A stretch of 64,000 bases of DNA from Nostoc sp. DedSLP01. GTDB taxonomy: Bacteria; Cyanobacteriota; Cyanobacteriia; Cyanobacteriales; Nostocaceae. A program made the translations under genes and the position numbers. The stretch covers positions 241,903 to 305,902 of the forward strand of contig JAVRCJ020000005.1 of assembly GCA_034530875.2 (NCBI GenBank). The letters run 5' to 3'. Below, piece after piece: positions 59,607-64,000 of the stretch. Each line of letters opens with the position of its first letter. Within the stretch, counting starts at the first letter, position 1. The notes beneath the pieces were generated by a model that was not told the origin of the DNA, ran no database searches, and saw only the letters and a program-made list of their open reading frames with translations.

Positions 59607-59686
59607 TACTTTATCTGTAGAAATTTTGTACGGTAAAAAATTTATACGTTACCGTACAGATAATTTTTATAACTTAATTTATACAC

Positions 59687-59726
59687 GAAAAAGCACTTGA
59701 GAGTTTTGCCCACCCAAGCGCTTCTC
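59687..59726 (-). terminator. Minus-strand intrinsic terminator with no protein gene upstream on that strand
   Basis: The minus strand reads AAGCGCTTGGG..CTCAAGTGCTT-TTT: an 11-bp stem with G-U pairs and a U-tail. Confidence 0.55.
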
Positions 59727-60445
59727 CGTAAAAGTTTGTACCAACTCACTAGTTTGATGCAACATTTGTAATCTGCAACACTCTCTTAGGAAGGAGGATT
59801 GCGGGGATAACTTGTGACAAACATGTGGTGAAATGGTATCACTCCTTGCACTAGTTAAGAATATCTCTTCTGCGATCTAACTAATGTTCTGGTGAGTGAC
59901 AGTTTGTCAACTGACACTAGTTAAAAAGGACTCATTGTGAAGAGTAGCTAAAAATACTAAACAATAATGTAGCAAATTTATAAAAAGACTATAAAAACTG
60001 AGAATTGATTGGCGATCGCCTGAGTTCGAGTAAAAATAAAATACCTCAAATTTTGCGGCAGATGTAATGTCAATGACCCGTAGTAAATTCTAATAAGGAT
60101 GAGAATAAGGGGCTAAGAACTAGGAAATAATTGTTTTAACAGCTAATACTCAGTATCCAATCTTCAATCCCCAGTACCTAATACATGAATCGACGTTCTA
60201 GGTATATGGTAAGATTAACTTCCTGGAACAGAGGTATTATCTGAGTTAAAGTCTCATATAAATAAACTGCAAATGTCAAGCTGACAGTTGATTAGCTCCT
60301 ACGAGAGTTTGACTATAGACTTGGAAAATACACAGCAAGAATGGTGACCAGCTGAGTGTAATTTGTAGAGAAAAATCTAGAATTTGCTACCAGACTTAAC
60401 CAATTTCCGACAATTTTGACTTTTATTTGACTTTAGGATAGACAC

Positions 60446-61597
60446 ATGAACGATAAGCTGATGCTGATGATTCCTGGCCCAACTCCAGTGCCAGAAGCTG
60501 CTTTGCTGGCATTAGCCAAGCATCCGATTGGACACCGTACTAGTGAATTTAGCAACATCTTGGCAGAGGTGACGGAAAACCTCAAGTGGCTGCACCAAAC
60601 TCAAAGTGATGTACTGATGCTGAATGTCAGCGGTACGGGTGCTGTAGAAGCCGGGATAATTAATTTTCTCTCTCCAGGCGATCGCATTTTAGTTGGTTCT
60701 AATGGTAAGTTTGGCGAACGTTGGGTAGAAATCGGTCAGGCTTACGGTTTGAATGTAGAAGAAGTAAAGGTTGAATGGGGAAAACCTTTAGATCCCCAAG
60801 TATTTGCCGAAAAACTCCAAGCAGATAGTAAAAAAGAAATCAAAGCTGTAATTGTTACCCACAGCGAAACTTCAACAGGCGTGTTGAATGACCTAGAAAC
60901 CATCAACCGCCACGTCAAAGAACACGGTGAAGCTTTAATTATTGTTGATGCCGTAACTAGCTTGGGTGCGTTCAATCTCCCCGTTGATGCCTGGGGTTTG
61001 GATGTAGTCGCTTCTGGTTCCCAAAAAGGTTATATGATTCCACCGGGATTGGGTTTCGTCTCTGTTAGTCCTAAAGCTTGGGAAGCTTACAAAACTGCGA
61101 AATTACCGAAGTATTATTTGGATTTAGGTAAATATCGCAAATCCGCAGCCAAAAATACAACCCCATTTACTCCCCCTGTAAACATGATTTTCGCGCTGCA
61201 CACTACTTTGCGAATCATGAAAGAAGAAGGCTTAGAATCAATATTTAGCAGACACGAACGGCTGAAAAATGCTACTCGCGCTGCTATCAAAGGATTGAAC
61301 TTGCCTCTATTTGCAGCAGATAGTTATGCTAGTCCGGCAATTACAGCTGTAGCGCCACACGGAATTGAATCGGATAAAATTCGATCGTTGATAAAAAAAC
61401 GTTTTGATATTGCTCTAGCAGGCGGACAAGACCATCTAAGTAACAAAATTTTCCGCATTGGTCACTTGGGTTTTGTGAGCGATCGCGATATCCTCAGCTG
61501 CATAGCATCCTTAGAAGTTACCCTCAGAGAACTTGGCTATGAAGACTTCACCCCTGGAGCAGGTGTAGCAGCAGCAGCTAAAGTCTTTACAGAATAG
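60446..61597 (+). CDS. Class V aminotransferase (alanine-glyoxylate/serine-pyruvate family)
   Basis: MIPGPTP, SGTGAVE, HSETSTG, VDAVTS, SGSQKG (PLP Lys) and FRIGHLG motifs. Confidence 0.95.
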   Translation: MNDKLMLMIPGPTPVPEAALLALAKHPIGHRTSEFSNILAEVTENLKWLHQTQSDVLMLNVSGTGAVEAGIINFLSPGDRILVGSNGKFGERWVEIGQAYGLNVEEVKVEWGKPLDPQVFAEKLQADSKKEIKAVIVTHSETSTGVLNDLETINRHVKEHGEALIIVDAVTSLGAFNLPVDAWGLDVVASGSQKGYMIPPGLGFVSVSPKAWEAYKTAKLPKYYLDLGKYRKSAAKNTTPFTPPVNMIFALHTTLRIMKEEGLESIFSRHERLKNATRAAIKGLNLPLFAADSYASPAITAVAPHGIESDKIRSLIKKRFDIALAGGQDHLSNKIFRIGHLGFVSDRDILSCIASLEVTLRELGYEDFTPGAGVAAAAKVFTE

Positions 61598-61647
61598 TCA
61601 TTAGACATTGGGCATTGTCAATCAACAATTAGACTAATGACATACAA

Positions 61648-61688
61648 ATAAAAAGAGCGAGTTAATGATTTTACTCGCTCTTTTTATT
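61648..61688. terminator. Bidirectional terminator
   Basis: ATAAAAAGAGCGAGT...ACTCGCTCTTTTTAT lies between convergent genes. Confidence 0.8.
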
Positions 61689-61884
61689 TGTATATAAATG
61701 AGTAAAAACCGCTAGAGATAATTTTGCCATATATCAACCTTTGGATAAGTTAGAGTGGATATGACATACCTCAATTCTTTTGAATGAGCTATTCATAAAC
61801 TACCCTCGGTTTAATTTACAGCCAGTTAATAACCAACAAACTAGCACGATCGCCTTTCCTCCTTTTGAGTTTTAAATGACCAAA

Positions 61885-62076
61885 CTATGCAGTTTCTAGC
61901 CAATCATAAATTTGCTCTAACTGCTCTAGAGTAATCAATCCATACTGCCAAAGAATCATTGGTAAAGGCCCTGGATCTTGCTCTCGATGGCGGAGTGCCA
62001 CTGCTAGTGAAGCTGTGGAAATTGCCATATCTTCTTGCAAAAAATGAATAAGTCGAGAATATTTCGATGGTGACAT
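61885..62076 (-). CDS. DUF2949 family protein
   Basis: LIHFLQEDMAIS...GPLPMILWQYGLITLEQLEQIYDWLE, with a GGAGG RBS before the ATG at 62076. Confidence 0.85.
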   Translation of the reverse strand: MSPSKYSRLIHFLQEDMAISTASLAVALRHREQDPGPLPMILWQYGLITLEQLEQIYDWLETA

Positions 62077-62589
62077 TTGTATCTCACCTCCTTGTGCAGA
62101 ATGTATTGTCATATATCAGTTCACCATTAGTTGCTAGCCACTAGCCAATATTCGATCTGTCACTATGCCGCTATGAGCCATATATCTATACCCAATCTTC
62201 TCAATCTGCTTGAAAAATAGGCTTTTTATGAGAATTTGGGAAATCAAAATTTGTAAAAGTTATTTGCTTGAGATTCAAGTAGTATTTTTACCTAGTTAAA
62301 CTGACTCCTTCTTATTTACTTTTGTGCTTGAGTTAATTACACATCTAGTTATCAAGATTCCATAGCCTATACTCACCTATCGGCAACTATTTACACTTAC
62401 GTCTAAGGGAATATTTTTACAACCAAACCTTAAAACTGCGGTTTCAGCTTTAAGACGATGGAATTTTACACGATCGCCACAGTTTTTAAATATTAGCCTC
62501 ACAATTGAGTTTTTACCACATTAAGTCACTTTTTTTACAAAAAAAACATAGATTTTGATACTTAGAGCTGGAAACAAACCACCAGAGTC

Positions 62590-63096
62590 TCAAGGCTCAA
62601 TTTTGATAGTATCCCCTACTTTTAAATTTAATTCGGCTGCTCGTCCAGACCGAAGTTCAATCACCTTGTCGATTGGTGTATTGGGGCCATAAGTAGGACA
62701 AGGTTCATTAGCACAAGGGGGTGCAGCAGGTTGAATATATTTAACTACGCCATTCTGTAGAAATACCATATCTAAAGCTACAGGTACATTCTTCATCCAA
62801 AAACTGACTGGTTGTGCTGAAGGAAACGGAAACAACATTCCCCGGTCATCTGGCAAAGCTGGTCTATACATTAACCCCATCGCCTGCTGTTTTGCCGTCT
62901 TTGCCACTTCTAGCTGAATCGTTGTGCCATTAGGAAGAATAGCTTTGGCAGTAATTGGTAGTTTTTGACCTAAATTCTCTGGTGGTGGAGTTTGAGAATT
63001 AGATGTGGAGTTTGAAGGTATAGCTGTGGTTGGCATAGAACAACCCATCAGTAAAATACTTAGTAACATTGAGAGCAAGCTTAGGCAACGACTCAT
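62590..63096 (-). CDS. DUF192 family lipoprotein
   Basis: Lipobox LMGC, then GLMYR..L..DRGMLF, FWMKN...LDMVF and VIEL motifs. Confidence 0.9.
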   Translation of the reverse strand: MSRCLSLLSMLLSILLMGCSMPTTAIPSNSTSNSQTPPPENLGQKLPITAKAILPNGTTIQLEVAKTAKQQAMGLMYRPALPDDRGMLFPFPSAQPVSFWMKNVPVALDMVFLQNGVVKYIQPAAPPCANEPCPTYGPNTPIDKVIELRSGRAAELNLKVGDTIKIEP

Positions 63097-63204
63097 ATAA
63101 TTTTTTGATTCTGTAATTTAGATTTCAATTTTACAGAATATATCCGATTTTGGATTTAAAATTTGAAAATTTTGGATTGGGAATCGCTTTCTACATCTAC
63201 TTTC

Positions 63205-63378
63205 TAAGTAGGTCAGCCCAATTAAAGCTAACTGGCATAGGTTATCATTTGTCCTGCGTTCAAATTCTCAGCAAAGGGAACCTTTGCTGAGAATTTGCAC
63301 TTTGCGATTGTTGATTAATAGGGGTTTGAAGTCTGCTTAGGCTTCGTAACATAATTTAATTTATTGTCGCCGACTTAA
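63205..63378. mobile_element. Degenerate MITE-like element with an internal perfect 17-bp hairpin
   Basis: Ends TAGGTCAGCCCAATTAAA / TTTATTGTCGCCGACTTA are weakly complementary. CAAATTCTCAGCAAAGG-gaa-CCTTTGCTGAGAATTTG lies at 63261-63297. Confidence 0.5.
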
Positions 63379-63495
63379 CGATCTATACGTCTGTGGCAAT
63401 TATTTTTGATTAAATAGACCATTATTAAGTCACGACCTAAATACAGCGACTATTTAAAATAATACTTTTGAGTTTTGACTTTTGCCTTGCGGTAC

Positions 63496-63999
63496 TTAGG
63501 ATTCTCTCAAAACGTAGCCGACGCCCCGCACTGTTTGTATGAGGCGCTTTTGACCTTCATCTTCAATTTTTAAACGCAAGTAGCGGATGTATACTTCAAT
63601 TACATTCGATTCACCGAGAAAGTCGTAACCCCAAACATTTTCTAAAATTTGTTCGCGGGTTAGAACTTCACGGGGATGTTCCATTAAGAATTTTAATAGT
63701 TCAAATTCCTTCATTGTCAAGTCAATTGCCCGTCCGTTGTGTATGGCGCGGCGAGTTGCTATGTCTAAAATCAAATCCCCAAAGCGTAATTGCTCTGTGG
63801 TATCCACATCCGGTTTTAAGTAGAGGCGAATTAACTTTAAAAAGTCTTCTGACCGATAAGGCTTGAGGATGTAATCATCAGCTCCAGCTTCTAGACAAGC
63901 TACGCGATCGTCAACTGTATCCCTTGCCATTAAAATTAACACAGGCGATCGCACCCCAGTGCTTCTGAGATTTTTGCACAATGAGAGTCCTGATTCACC
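63496..63999 (-). CDS. nblR: OmpR-family response regulator NblR (5' end outside the window)
   Basis: Atypical receiver LILMARDTVDDRVACLEAGADDY (Met in place of the conserved Thr) and wHTH LTMKEFELL...SNVIEVYIRYLRLKIE. Confidence 0.85.
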   Translation of the reverse strand, partial: GESGLSLCKNLRSTGVRSPVLILMARDTVDDRVACLEAGADDYILKPYRSEDFLKLIRLYLKPDVDTTEQLRFGDLILDIATRRAIHNGRAIDLTMKEFELLKFLMEHPREVLTREQILENVWGYDFLGESNVIEVYIRYLRLKIEDEGQKRLIQTVRGVGYVLRES

Positions 64000-64000
64000 T

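Noticed and set aside
59632..59648. NtcA site GTA-N8-TAC
   Set aside because: The spacing is N9 and the sequence is part of a terminator-like hairpin.

Overview
This is chromosomal DNA from a filamentous cyanobacterium, most likely Nostocales: HIP1 GCGATCGC sites are abundant, STRR heptamer repeats are present, and psbZ, nblA, nblR and ebsA are recognisable. Bases 1-15.4 kb hold a surface-polysaccharide cluster whose left part is AT-rich. It encodes a coiled-coil double-GT2 protein, a WsaF-like GT4-methyltransferase fusion, a GtrC-like membrane protein, a GtrA-GT2 fusion, two RfbE-like SDRs, further GTs and rfbA/C/D. Next come comB, a BlaI/M56 pair, a stack of nested small repeats, two coupled membrane-anchored STAND-like ATPases and a secreted lamin-tail-domain protein. 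Housekeeping and regulatory genes follow: moaD, ebsA, mgdA, dnaX, a paralogous gene pair ending in a TPR-CHAT protein, phoD, a degenerate proA, tRNA-Gly, ribH, psbZ, a tRNA nucleotidyltransferase, Uma2, ABC-F, an ABC1 kinase, PP2C, nblA, a Ser/Thr kinase, anmK, a BT1 transporter, an aminotransferase and nblR. The best leads for something undescribed are: (i) the tandem STAND ATPases with a Gly-zipper repeat membrane domain; (ii) an unannotated multi-stem RNA at about 55.8-55.94 kb; (iii) the adjacent gene pair sharing an N-terminal domain, with an apparently His-less CHAT protease; (iv) a tandem-repeat coiled-coil 'ruler' plus a Gtr-like module with a Tyr-to-Phe SDR. All calls rest on motif recognition by eye; no searches were run.
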